A stretch of DNA of 64,000 nt, taken from positions 1 to 64,000 of IMG/VR virus record IMGVR_UViG_3300002461_000311; one strand, given 5' to 3'. The notes beneath the pieces were generated by a model. That model had not been told where the DNA came from and did no database searches. It saw nothing but the letters and a program-made list of their open reading frames with translations. Numbering within the stretch: position 1 is the stretch's first letter; each line of letters starts with the position of its first letter. Position numbers and translations under genes: made by a program. This document shows, piece after piece, positions 27,275-35,753 of the stretch. Origin of the DNA: a virus.

Positions 27275-27353
27275 GCTTCGCTCAGCCGGCGGATGATCAA
27301 CTTCGGTCGATCACACGGCATCGCCGGCTGAGCAACTCACACGGGAGCAAGCA

Positions 27354-27998
27354 ATGGAGATGGTAAACGAGTGCTCGCACGAGCGGTTCCTGACCGACGT
27401 CGCGGGGCACAAGATGCATATCCTGATGGACAACCCGGACTATCGGCACGTGCTCTTCACGCGGCCGGCGTCGAGCGTCTATCGCTTCGGCCTCATCACG
27501 TGGCCGGGCTACCTCTGCTTTTACGGCGACATGGGCAGCTTCGTGTTCACGCGCCTCAAGGATATGTTCGAGTTCTTCCGCGCGGCCGGCATGAACGCCT
27601 GCGACGGCATCAACCCCAGCTACTGGGGCGAGAAGTGCGTGGCCCTCGATCGCGAGGGCATCAGAAAGTACAGCGCCGAGAAGCTCGAGGCGTGGACCAC
27701 GGCGACGCTCAACGAGTGGATAGAGAGCGCACGGGCGGAAGGCGACTTCACCGACGACGATGCGACCGAGCTTTCCGATGCGTTCAACGCAGAGATGGGC
27801 ATCGTTGCCCATGACGGCACCCATGCCGTGATACACGCGCTCTCGGAGTTCCGCTACGTCGTGCGCAATCATCGCTTCGAGGTGAGCGACTACTGGGAGC
27901 TGGCGCCCTCGTTCGAGGATTACACCTATCGCTTCATCTGGTGCTGCCGCGCCATTGCCTGGGGCATCCGGCAGTACGACGACGCACGGCCGGCATGA
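27354..27998 (+). CDS. hypothetical protein (214 aa)
   Basis: GGGAGCAAGCA RBS; normal composition. Confidence 0.7.
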   Translation: MEMVNECSHERFLTDVAGHKMHILMDNPDYRHVLFTRPASSVYRFGLITWPGYLCFYGDMGSFVFTRLKDMFEFFRAAGMNACDGINPSYWGEKCVALDREGIRKYSAEKLEAWTTATLNEWIESARAEGDFTDDDATELSDAFNAEMGIVAHDGTHAVIHALSEFRYVVRNHRFEVSDYWELAPSFEDYTYRFIWCCRAIAWGIRQYDDARPA

Positions 27999-28186
27999 AC
28001 GCCTACGACGTGATCGCGATCCACATGGGCACGCGGGCCGTGCGGATCATTGCCGCCGGCAAGGGTGATCGTGACGCGGAGGCGATCGTCAACATGGCCG
28101 TGGTCCGGCGCGGGCTGAACGAAGAGTTCTTCGTGATGGTGCCCAGCGGGCGGTATGCAGAAGGAGCGACGTATGTCGGGCACTAA
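27995..28186 (+). CDS. hypothetical protein (63 aa)
   Basis: ATGA coupling. Confidence 0.5.
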   Translation: MNAYDVIAIHMGTRAVRIIAAGKGDRDAEAIVNMAVVRRGLNEEFFVMVPSGRYAEGATYVGH

Positions 28187-28427
28187 TCCGCTCAGCGAAG
28201 AGCAGGTAAAGGAGCTGGTCCTGGAGTACCTCTACCCCACGGCCGAGGAACGCCTGGGCGTGGTGTTGCAGGAGGCGGCCAAGATCGCGGCCGAGGGCTA
28301 CCGGACGCAGATCGCGCGCATAGAGCATACCGTGCGACAGCTTGAGGCAGAGGTGCGCAAGCGCGACCAGCAGATCCAGGAACTCAAGCACGAGATCAAG
28401 AAGCTGAGAGACAGGAGGGAGCAATGA
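28173..28427 (+). CDS. coiled-coil protein (84 aa)
   Basis: AGAAGGAG RBS before the ATG at 28173. Confidence 0.55.
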   Translation: MSGTNPLSEEQVKELVLEYLYPTAEERLGVVLQEAAKIAAEGYRTQIARIEHTVRQLEAEVRKRDQQIQELKHEIKKLRDRREQ

Positions 28428-28609
28428 CAGCACGTGAGCGCGTCGAGCGCATCGAGCAGGAATGCTCTGGCGTATGGGGGCAGTCGGGCGTGAGCACCAG
28501 CGACCGGCAGTTCCTCGCCAGCGTCAAGAGCCGCCAGACGCTGTCGGAAAAGCAGGAGAAGTGGCTCAAGGACATCGAGCAACGAGTGTTCGGGGGCGAC
28601 GATGAATGA
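28424..28609 (+). CDS. hypothetical protein (61 aa)
   Basis: ATGA coupling. Confidence 0.5.
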   Translation: MTARERVERIEQECSGVWGQSGVSTSDRQFLASVKSRQTLSEKQEKWLKDIEQRVFGGDDE

Positions 28610-29180
28610 TCGTGAACTCATCAACTACTGCGACATCCACAGCCGAACCGAGCGCGCCCTTTTCCTTGGGGTCCACGTGAATAGGATGATCGAACTCGCC
28701 GGCCACCCGAGCGATTTCGTGCGCGAAGTCCATCCGGCTCAGTGGGTCAGCGTCAAGGAAGAGATGCAGACCTTGTGCCGACTCGCGCGGGAGCGCCTGA
28801 ACCTCAAGGAGCAACCCGCCTTACCTCAACCAATGGAGAAGACAATGACTCAAGCATTCGTAGAATCGTTCAAGGCGTTGCAGGTCGCAATCCACCAGAC
28901 CGCGCGCTCGAAGGGCTTCTGGGACAAGGAGCGCAACCAGGGCGAGATACTCGCGCTCATCCACAGCGAGGTGAGCGAGGCCCTGGAGGCGCTGCGCCAC
29001 GGCAACCCGCCCGACGACAAGGTGCCGCAGTTCAGGGGCGTCGAAGCCGAGCTGGCCGACGTGATTATTCGCATCATGGACATGGCCGAGGGCTGCAACT
29101 ATCGCGTCGCCGAGGCGATCGTCGCCAAGATGGCGATGAACGCAACCCGCGAGCGCATGAACGGCGGCAAGGCGTTCTAA
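28602..29180 (+). CDS. MazG-like NTP pyrophosphohydrolase with ~78-aa N-terminal extension
   Basis: The C-terminal 110 aa (EILALIHSEVSEALEA...ELADVIIRIMD) are MazG-like. An internal GGAGAA RBS plus ATG at ~28847 could also yield MazG alone. Confidence 0.75.
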   Translation: MNDRELINYCDIHSRTERALFLGVHVNRMIELAGHPSDFVREVHPAQWVSVKEEMQTLCRLARERLNLKEQPALPQPMEKTMTQAFVESFKALQVAIHQTARSKGFWDKERNQGEILALIHSEVSEALEALRHGNPPDDKVPQFRGVEAELADVIIRIMDMAEGCNYRVAEAIVAKMAMNATRERMNGGKAF

Positions 29181-29365
29181 TGAACAAGCTCGAAGCGGGT
29201 CGGGACGCCACGGCACTGATGGAGTGCTGGCCGTACGGCGTGCCGACGTCAGTCAAGCGCAAGCCATCGGTCGTACGGCGGCAGATGGACGACGACCGAT
29301 CCGCTCTCGCGACCAAAAAGCGCGAGGAGCTAAAGCGCATGCGAAACCAGGCGAGAAACCCATGA
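29180..29365 (+). CDS. hypothetical protein (61 aa)
   Basis: TAATG coupling. Confidence 0.5.
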   Translation: MNKLEAGRDATALMECWPYGVPTSVKRKPSVVRRQMDDDRSALATKKREELKRMRNQARNP

Positions 29366-29595
29366 CTGTCAGCGCCTACGAGAAGTTCAAGGTCAAGCTG
29401 CTGGGCGCCCCGGAAGCGAGCGGCACCCGCTGCTACCTGCTCCACTCCTGGACGAAGTGGGACCCGTACACGATCGCCTGGGGGCACCCGATGGCACCGA
29501 TGTCGCTGGAGCTTAGGCAGCGGCGCGCCTGTACGCGCTGCGGCCGGGTGCAAGACCAGAAAGTGCAACTGATCACTCAGAAAGGACCGCGATGA
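29362..29595 (+). CDS. hypothetical protein (77 aa)
   Basis: ATGA coupling. Confidence 0.5.
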   Translation: MTVSAYEKFKVKLLGAPEASGTRCYLLHSWTKWDPYTIAWGHPMAPMSLELRQRRACTRCGRVQDQKVQLITQKGPR

Positions 29596-29825
29596 AAGGG
29601 CTAGTCACGCTCGATACGTGGATCGAGATCAACTACGAGGAGCCCCGCCCGTCGATCTACACGGCGCGGCGCTGGGTCAAGAACGGCAACATCACGCCCA
29701 GACCGCAAAAGCATGGACGCAGCTACTACCTGCGCCCGGATGCCCAGTACCGCAAAGTGGCGCCTGGATCGAGAACCCGACTCATCGACGTGCTCCATGG
29801 TCAGACACAGAACCAGCCGGCGTAA
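29592..29825 (+). CDS. xis: lambda-type excisionase
   Basis: VTLDTWIEINYEEPRPSIYTARRWVKNGNITPRPQKHGRSYYL aligns by eye with lambda Xis LTLQEWNARQRRPRSLETVRRWVRECRIFPPPVKDGREYLF. Confidence 0.85.
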   Translation: MKGLVTLDTWIEINYEEPRPSIYTARRWVKNGNITPRPQKHGRSYYLRPDAQYRKVAPGSRTRLIDVLHGQTQNQPA

Positions 29826-30882
29826 GGGCTTGCCGGCCAACCTCTACGAGCGCGGCGGCTACTACTCCTGGCGAGATCCGCGCACAGGCCAGGAGCACGG
29901 CCTGGGCCGCGATCGGCTCGAGGCGATCGATCAGGCGATCGAGGCCAACCATTTCGTGGCCGGCAGCGAGTCGAAGAAGCGCCTGGTGGACACGCTCGGC
30001 GGCAGAGCGCAGACCCTCAACGAGTGGCTGGATGTTTTCGAGGTCGAGCTGGCAGATCGCGAGCACGCCAGCTCCACTCGGGCGGGCTGGCGCAGCCACG
30101 TCAAGGCCGCACGGGGCGCGCTGGGCGAGCGCGTGATCACCCGCATTACCACCCGCGAGGTCGCCGACTTCATCCAGTCGTACATCGCCACCGGAAAGCA
30201 TCGCACGGCGCAGAGCACACGCTCTCACCTGTTCGAGATATTCCGCGCAGCTCACGAGCGTGGGTGGGTGACATCGAACCCCGTCGAGGCGACCAGGCAC
30301 ATCGCCGTCAAGGTGAAGCGCGCCCGGCTGACGATCGAGTCGTTCATCGCGACCTACGAAGCCGCCGGCAAGATCGGTGTTTGGTTGCAGAACGCCATGG
30401 CCCTGGCGATCGTCACCGGGCAGCGCCGCGAGGACATCTCGAACGCCCTCTTCAAGGACGTCCACGACGACGCCTGGTGGTGCCGCCAGGAGAAGACCGG
30501 CACGGGCGTCATGGTGCCCCTGGGGCTGCGCCTGGACGCGCTGGGTTGGAGCGTGGGGGATGTGGTGCGCCGCTGTCGCGACAACGTCGTGAGCCGCTAC
30601 CTGATCCACCACACGCGCCGCCGCACGAAGAGCAACCCGGGCGACCAGGTCTGGAAGGACACGATCTCGCGTCGCTTTACCGTGGCGCTGACGATGGCCG
30701 AAGTGAAGTGGCCGGACGGTCGCACGGCGCCGACCTTCCACGAGATCCGCTCGCTCTCGGAGCGGCTCTACAAGGCGCAGGGCATCGACACCCAGGCCCT
30801 GCTCGGACACAAGGACCCGCGCACCACGGCGAACTACCACGACAGCCGCGGCGCGGAATGGATAAAGGTGCAACTCGGATGA
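29797..30882 (+). CDS. int: lambda-family tyrosine integrase with arm-binding N-domain
   Basis: LPANLYERGGYYSWRDPRTGQEHGLGRDR, TGQRREDI, TFHEIRSLS and LLGHKDPRTTANYHDSRG parallel lambda Int along the full length. Confidence 0.95.
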   Translation: MVRHRTSRRKGLPANLYERGGYYSWRDPRTGQEHGLGRDRLEAIDQAIEANHFVAGSESKKRLVDTLGGRAQTLNEWLDVFEVELADREHASSTRAGWRSHVKAARGALGERVITRITTREVADFIQSYIATGKHRTAQSTRSHLFEIFRAAHERGWVTSNPVEATRHIAVKVKRARLTIESFIATYEAAGKIGVWLQNAMALAIVTGQRREDISNALFKDVHDDAWWCRQEKTGTGVMVPLGLRLDALGWSVGDVVRRCRDNVVSRYLIHHTRRRTKSNPGDQVWKDTISRRFTVALTMAEVKWPDGRTAPTFHEIRSLSERLYKAQGIDTQALLGHKDPRTTANYHDSRGAEWIKVQLG

Positions 30883-31169
30883 TGACGCAAGCAAAAGCCA
30901 GCAAGAAATGGTGCCCGATGGCGCGTGTCGCGATCCACGCCGGCACCGGCGGCGCGGCTGCGAACAGATCCGTCGACCTCGAGATCCAGAAGCACTGCAT
31001 GTGCGTCGGCCCCGACTGTGCGATGTGGCGCTGGTCGGAGAAGTACGCCTACACCGAAACTGCCCGACAGAAGCCGCACGAGAACGGCATGGAGGTGGAG
31101 GTCAAGGTCAGCCCGCCGTCCGCGCGCCTGGGCTACTGCGGGCTCGCTGGCAAGCCGGAGGTGCAATGA
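30879..31169 (+). CDS. Cys-rich small protein (96 aa)
   Basis: ATG overlaps the int stop. Confidence 0.6.
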   Translation: MMTQAKASKKWCPMARVAIHAGTGGAAANRSVDLEIQKHCMCVGPDCAMWRWSEKYAYTETARQKPHENGMEVEVKVSPPSARLGYCGLAGKPEVQ

Positions 31170-31930
31170 GCACATTCGTGAGGAATGCCTTGCGCATCAA
31201 GTACGCCGCGCCGGAGTGGGCGCTGCTTGAGGAGGTTCACAACCGCACAGGCGGTGGCACGCGCTCGGCCGACGCCATCGCGATGAACCTTTGGGAGTCG
31301 AACGCGTTCCGCATCATCGGCTTCGAGATCAAGGTCTCGCGCTCCGACTGGCTACGCGAGTTGAAAGATCCGAGCAAAGCCGATGTCATCGCAGCGTACT
31401 GCGATATGTGGTTCATCGTCGCCACCCCGGACATCGTGAAGGAAGACGAACTGCCGCCGAACTGGGGCCTCCAGGTGCTCAAAGGAAACGGCCTTCATAT
31501 CGTGAAGAAGGCGCCTCTGCTAGAGGACCGCAAGGCGCTCGATCGCCGCTTCGTGGCAGCGATGATTCGGCGCGCCACTCAGGTCGGCGAGGCGCAGATC
31601 AGCGCAGCACTAGCGACGGCCATAGAGAGCGAGCGAAAGCGCGTGGCCGAGCGCGTGCAGTCCGAGGTCGACCGCCGCACAAGGCGAGCAAAGGAGATCG
31701 CGGATCGCCTCGAGGTCGTGAAGGCGGCGACCGGGATCGATCTGTTGAGCTACTCCTTCGATGGCGAGGATGTCAGCCATGCGATTCGTTACGCGCTGGC
31801 CGAGAGACGGGATCTGGTGGGTCGCTACAACGGGCTGCGCAGCCTTCAAAACAAGCTGCGCAGCTTAGATAAGGCGATCGACGAGCTTGGGGAATTGGTG
31901 CCGCAGGAAAGCGAAGCGAGGGCGACGTGA
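31166..31930 (+). CDS. MmcB-like PD-(D/E)XK family protein with C-terminal coiled coil
   Basis: ADAIAMN...IIGFEIKVSRSD...YCDMWFIV pattern; ATGA coupling. Confidence 0.6.
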   Translation: MSTFVRNALRIKYAAPEWALLEEVHNRTGGGTRSADAIAMNLWESNAFRIIGFEIKVSRSDWLRELKDPSKADVIAAYCDMWFIVATPDIVKEDELPPNWGLQVLKGNGLHIVKKAPLLEDRKALDRRFVAAMIRRATQVGEAQISAALATAIESERKRVAERVQSEVDRRTRRAKEIADRLEVVKAATGIDLLSYSFDGEDVSHAIRYALAERRDLVGRYNGLRSLQNKLRSLDKAIDELGELVPQESEARAT

Positions 31931-31965
31931 GCGGCAAGAAAATTAAGATAAGGAGAGATCTAACC

Positions 31966-32094
31966 ATGAGCCCGCATCAAGAGATCGCGCTACAACACCC
32001 CTGCTTCCTCGCCTGCGAGACGGCGCACCCGCGCTTTGCTCACGACCTGAAAGTGGCCTCGCTCGTTCTCACGGTCAACAGCGGCTATGAATGA
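31966..32094 (+). CDS. 42-aa small ORF (not in track)
   Basis: AAGGAGAG RBS; the stop is adjacent to the next ATG at 32095. Confidence 0.3.
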   Translation: MSPHQEIALQHPCFLACETAHPRFAHDLKVASLVLTVNSGYE

Positions 32095-32406
32095 ATGGAG
32101 AAGAACTTCGGCGGGCCGGTCTGGCACGCGAGTATCAGGACGCGCGGAGGGCAGCGAGAAGAGGTTGCGCGTCGCCTTGCCGTGCGCGCCCTGCTGGGCG
32201 TAGGCGATGAGGCGCTCGGAGAGTGGGAAGAGTCTGGGCGATCGGCGTATCACATACGCCGCCGGCTCAGCCTGCGAGAGCAGATCGAGGCCGGGCTCTC
32301 GATGAGAGACGTGCGCGGCACGGACGAGGCGCGCCGTCGAGTGGCTGAACTCGTGCGGGCATTCCCGGCCCTCCATGACTTTGCCATGACGGAGGCACGC
32401 CTGTGA
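32095..32406 (+). CDS. hypothetical protein (103 aa)
   Basis: In-operon ORF. Confidence 0.55.
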   Translation: MEKNFGGPVWHASIRTRGGQREEVARRLAVRALLGVGDEALGEWEESGRSAYHIRRRLSLREQIEAGLSMRDVRGTDEARRRVAELVRAFPALHDFAMTEARL

Positions 32407-32702
32407 GCGCACCCAAGCCCGTGCGGTTCACCTGGTTTCACGCGGTCATGTGTCGGCTGTTCTGCCCCCAGTACCTGGAGAAGATGCCGACGACGGATGA
32501 CAACGAATGGTACGTGGCCGAGACCTACCGGGTGACCTTGTTCGGCCGAGGGAACACAGTGGCATCGGAGTCCGTCCGCGGACGGGTGAACGCATACAAG
32601 CGCGCTCGCTGGCTGGCGTTGATGGCCGACTGGTTCTGGGTGGAGAGCCACCCGGAGGTTGGCGTCAACTGGGGCGTGACCAAGCAGGAGAACGAGTCAT
32701 GA
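32403..32702 (+). CDS. hypothetical protein (99 aa)
   Basis: Overlap coupling. Confidence 0.55.
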   Translation: MSAPKPVRFTWFHAVMCRLFCPQYLEKMPTTDDNEWYVAETYRVTLFGRGNTVASESVRGRVNAYKRARWLALMADWFWVESHPEVGVNWGVTKQENES

Positions 32703-33040
32703 GCGACGAAGAGAAGCTCGAGCCCCTGCCCTGCGGCGCCAAGGGTGTGCGCGAAGACAATTGCGGCGGCGTTCGTTGCATGAACTGCCTGGCGATCTAC
32801 GGCAGCGTGGCGTGCCCCTGTACCGCGCCGAAGCAAGGCGTGCCACAGCGCACGCTCAAGGTGATCAGCCCCACGGGGGTCGAGGCGTTCGCGATCTGGC
32901 AGAAGGTGGATCGCGCATGGGTCTGCACCAGCACCAGCGGCGGCCTGCTCTGGATGCGCAACAACCGGGCCGATGCGGCGGTCGAGTTCATGAAGAAGAA
33001 CGGGTGGAGGTGGGAATGGCTCGAAAAGCAAAGCAACTAA
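32699..33040 (+). CDS. Cys-rich hypothetical protein (113 aa)
   Basis: ATGA coupling. Confidence 0.55.
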   Translation: MSDEEKLEPLPCGAKGVREDNCGGVRCMNCLAIYGSVACPCTAPKQGVPQRTLKVISPTGVEAFAIWQKVDRAWVCTSTSGGLLWMRNNRADAAVEFMKKNGWRWEWLEKQSN

Positions 33041-33351
33041 GGATCGACGATGCGGCGCCCGCCAAAGCGGGGCCGCAACCCATCGCGGTTTCGATCGACG
33101 TGGCGGCGAAGATGCTGAGCGTGAGCAGAACGACTCTCTACCACTTCCTGGACAAGGAAGGCGGCGTGCCGACGTTCCTTGTGGGCAAGCGACGACTGGT
33201 TCGGGTGTCTGCGCTAGAGCAGTTTGCGGTCGCCATGGAGGCGGCGAATAACCAAAGAAACATCGGCGAGGAAATTGAGCAAGGGCTGGGAGAGATTCGC
33301 GCGTGGAACGATGGCGAGAGGCGCCTGAGAACCACGCGAACCAAGAGCTGA
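33016..33351 (+). CDS. HTH (excisionase/MerR-like) DNA-binding protein
   Basis: AVSIDVAAKMLSVSRTTLYHFLDKEGGVPTFLVGKRRLV motif. Confidence 0.6.
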   Translation: MARKAKQLRIDDAAPAKAGPQPIAVSIDVAAKMLSVSRTTLYHFLDKEGGVPTFLVGKRRLVRVSALEQFAVAMEAANNQRNIGEEIEQGLGEIRAWNDGERRLRTTRTKS

Positions 33352-33356
33352 ACCAC

Positions 33357-33440
33357 GGCATGGCATGGCCGGGCTGGGCGGGGCATGGCGCGGCATGGCA
33401 AGGCCGGGCAAGGCAAGGCAAGGGGCTGCTGGTTGCAGCG
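33357..33440. repeat. pentamer-periodic tract (GGCNN)x13 followed by AAGGGGCTGCTGGTTGCAGCG (unit 1)
   Basis: Direct reading: ggcat ggcat ggccg ggctg ggcgg ggcat ggcgc ggcat ggcaa ggccg ggcaa ggcaa ggcaa. Confidence 0.85.
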
Positions 33441-33475
33441 TCAAGCCCATCGGTGACGGTGGGTTTGGCGATGCA

Positions 33476-33580
33476 GGCGGGGCACGGCGTGGCTGGGAAT
33501 GGCAGGGCGTGGCTCGGCACGGCGCGGCGTGGCGCAGCAAGGGGCTGCTGGTGGCAGCGGGTTGGGCGCAATCCCAACCC
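33476..33580. repeat. pentamer-periodic tract (GGCNN)x12 + AAGGGGCTGCTGGTGGCAGCG + 8-bp-stem hairpin GGGTTGGG/CCCAACCC (unit 2)
   Basis: Direct reading; unit 2 starts 119 bp after unit 1 and has the same architecture. Confidence 0.85.
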
Positions 33581-33608
33581 AGTGCCACTAGACCAAAAGG
33601 AGCGATTC

Positions 33609-34184
33609 ATGCATTTGGCGTTTGTTATATCCGGCACCAACCCGCTGATCATGCAGTCTGATCTGCTTGCTGACCCCCTCTCTGAGGGGGCGAAGAAGCT
33701 GAAGACGTTCTCGTCGAAGAAGAGCAAGACCGACGAAGACCATGCGTCGATTGGCGAGATTGAGTTCACGTGGTCCATGTACTATGACGAAGTGATTGGG
33801 CCGTACATCCCTGCGCAGAACGTCGAGCGAGCCCTGCGGGATGCCGCCGCCCTCAGAAAGGCCGGGAAGAATGTGGAGCGCGCCGTCAGCGTGTTCCCAG
33901 ACAGGATTCCATTGCAGTACGACGGCCCAAGAGACCTGGATGCTCTCATTGCAGATCGACGGTTTCACGACCGAAGATCGGTGGTGGTGAACGGGAAGTC
34001 CCGCGTCATGAGAGAGAGGCCAAGGTTCTCGAATTGGCGGCTAGAGTTTGAGGTGCGGATCGACAAGAACATCATCAAGAGCCGTCAGGAGATGGAGTCG
34101 ATCGTCGAGGAGGCCGGGCTCTACATCGGCCTCGGCACCTTCCGCAAGAGGTTTGGGCGATTCACGGTGGAGAGCGTCAAGTGA
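33609..34184 (+). CDS. hypothetical protein (191 aa), lower-GC cargo gene 1
   Basis: AAAGGAG RBS; about 55-58% GC by hand count. Confidence 0.65.
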   Translation: MHLAFVISGTNPLIMQSDLLADPLSEGAKKLKTFSSKKSKTDEDHASIGEIEFTWSMYYDEVIGPYIPAQNVERALRDAAALRKAGKNVERAVSVFPDRIPLQYDGPRDLDALIADRRFHDRRSVVVNGKSRVMRERPRFSNWRLEFEVRIDKNIIKSRQEMESIVEEAGLYIGLGTFRKRFGRFTVESVK

Positions 34185-34681
34185 GTGATGTCAAAAAATT
34201 CCCCATATGGAAGCAGGCCGTTGAAGATTTTGTATCTCAAGACCCCCCGGCCGCCCCTGGGTACATTCTGCATGACCGCTGGCTGCTTGAGCACTTCGAG
34301 ATGAGCAAGCCGACATCAGGGCTCTATGAAGAGATCGCCCGTTTCAACCTTGCGTTCCTGGATAGCAAAACGAAGTTCTTCGCGGCACTACGAGACAACC
34401 ATCAGATTCAGTTTGCCGAAAGAGACGGCGGCGGCTGGCGCTTGCTTCACCCGGCCGAAGTGGCCAGACACTCGATGAGCGAACTGGCAAAGGCAACAAG
34501 GGCGGCAGCGCTGAAGGCCGGCCGCAGGATCAGCAACGTGGACGTGTCGGAGCTAAACGACAGGCAGCAGGCAGAGCTTGCAGACGCCGCCGCCCGCCTC
34601 TCTCGCGTTCGACAAATCGCCAGGAAAGAAACTCGCTTGCCCAGACCCCCGCAGATTTCTGACCGATCGAATGATGGCTAA
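34181..34681 (+). CDS. hypothetical protein (166 aa), lower-GC cargo gene 2
   Basis: GTGA overlap with gene 1. Confidence 0.6.
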   Translation: MSDVKKFPIWKQAVEDFVSQDPPAAPGYILHDRWLLEHFEMSKPTSGLYEEIARFNLAFLDSKTKFFAALRDNHQIQFAERDGGGWRLLHPAEVARHSMSELAKATRAAALKAGRRISNVDVSELNDRQQAELADAAARLSRVRQIARKETRLPRPPQISDRSNDG

Positions 34682-34735
34682 GGTTGCCAATCTACGGCGT
34701 AAGGTTGTCAATACCGACGAACAGAGGCAAGGACA

Positions 34736-34969
34736 GTGATGGCTCAAACGATATTTGGGACCAGCCCGCCCCGGCGGCTTGGGCGCTCGATCGATGTGTG
34801 GTTTGACTCAAGGGATTTCGACCGCTCGAAGAGCGTGGTGTTCTGCTTCCCCACCAACACAGGCACCAGGCAGCTCTTCTCCCTGGAGATAGACCCGATC
34901 AAGGAGACCCCAGCCACGCTGGCCAAGAAGCTCAACGAGCTGGCCTTGCAACTGGCGATGGAGGGGTGA
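34736..34969 (+). CDS. hypothetical protein (77 aa)
   Basis: ORF with a weak RBS. Confidence 0.4.
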   Translation: MMAQTIFGTSPPRRLGRSIDVWFDSRDFDRSKSVVFCFPTNTGTRQLFSLEIDPIKETPATLAKKLNELALQLAMEG

Positions 34970-35026
34970 TGGAGCGCCGAGGCTTCGAGGTCGCCCGCGC
35001 CTACCACAACAGCGCCGCGAGAGCTT

Positions 35027-35106
35027 GCCATAAGGTACCTTGTGGCAAAACTCCGTGGCCACCCCACTGGGTAACCCAGTGGGCAAGCCATTGGGTAACC
35101 CACTGG
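35027..35106. promoter_or_regulatory. cluster of three palindromes (GCCATAAGGTACCTTGTGGC; CCACTGGGTAACCCAGTGG; CCATTGGGTAACCCACTGG) heading a ~490-bp non-coding, lower-GC region
   Basis: Direct reading at 35027-35046, 35064-35082 and 35088-35106. Confidence 0.6.
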
Positions 35107-35456
35107 CAGACGCCAAGGGGAGTCATCGGCTTAGCACGACTGACGACGCGCGGCTTCGCAACAGCTAGCTGCGGCGAATTTACGTGCGGGACGGAGCGCC
35201 ACTTATCGAATGAATTTCGGAATCTTTTCGATACGGCGGCGCAGCAAATTCGTAGAGCAATGAATTGTATGGGGAATTACGGTCGGATTGGGGCTTGCCG
35301 TCTGTTGCCCATGCACACAAAGAGCACCTTGAATTTCTCTTTGTCATTCATGGTGTTGCGACCCAACTCGCCCCCAAAAATAGGGGGCAAAAAACGCCTA
35401 TACCGACCAAAAGGAATCAATGGGTTAGCACATCATTTCGGAATGGGGATTTTGAC

Positions 35457-35753
35457 ATGAACGACGTGGAGATGGTGGAGTTTGAGCGCGCCGGGGAGCT
35501 TATCCGATGGGCTCGGATGCAGGCTGGGGCCAGCCAGAGGGAGGTGGCGCGCGCCATGGGTCTTGGCGACACACAGCAAAAGACGGTGTTTCACTGGGAG
35601 CGTGGAAGTCGCGAACCCCTGGCAAGCAACTTCATCGCCGCTTGCCAGGCGTGCGGGTTCAACGTGGTCCTGCTGCCGATGTCCGAGGAGGAGCTAGCGC
35701 GACTCGACGCTGCGCCAGTTGGCGCAGAAGGTAGCTTGCCGTCACAGGGTTAA
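35457..35753 (+). CDS. XRE-family HTH protein (98 aa)
   Basis: ASQREVARAMGLGDTQQKTVFHWERG helix-turn-helix; the 3' end overlaps the convergent gene. Confidence 0.6.
   Translation: MNDVEMVEFERAGELIRWARMQAGASQREVARAMGLGDTQQKTVFHWERGSREPLASNFIAACQACGFNVVLLPMSEEELARLDAAPVGAEGSLPSQG

Noticed and set aside
33357-33580. CRISPR array or coding repeat as an explanation for the GGCNN tracts
   Set aside because: The period is 5 nt with no spacer-like unique segments. It is not divisible by 3, so it is neither CRISPR nor a peptide repeat. ORFs across it on either strand are junk (Pro/Ala/Cys/Arg-rich).
35370-35388. GCCCCC-aaaaata-GGGGGC hairpin as an intrinsic terminator
   Set aside because: On either strand the T-run lies 5' of the stem and an A-run lies 3' of it, so it does not fit a rho-independent terminator.
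34966-35460. 164-aa ORF spanning the palindrome region
   Set aside because: It has odd composition (W/H/T repeats that derive from the palindromes), no RBS and low-complexity sequence. I treat the region as non-coding.
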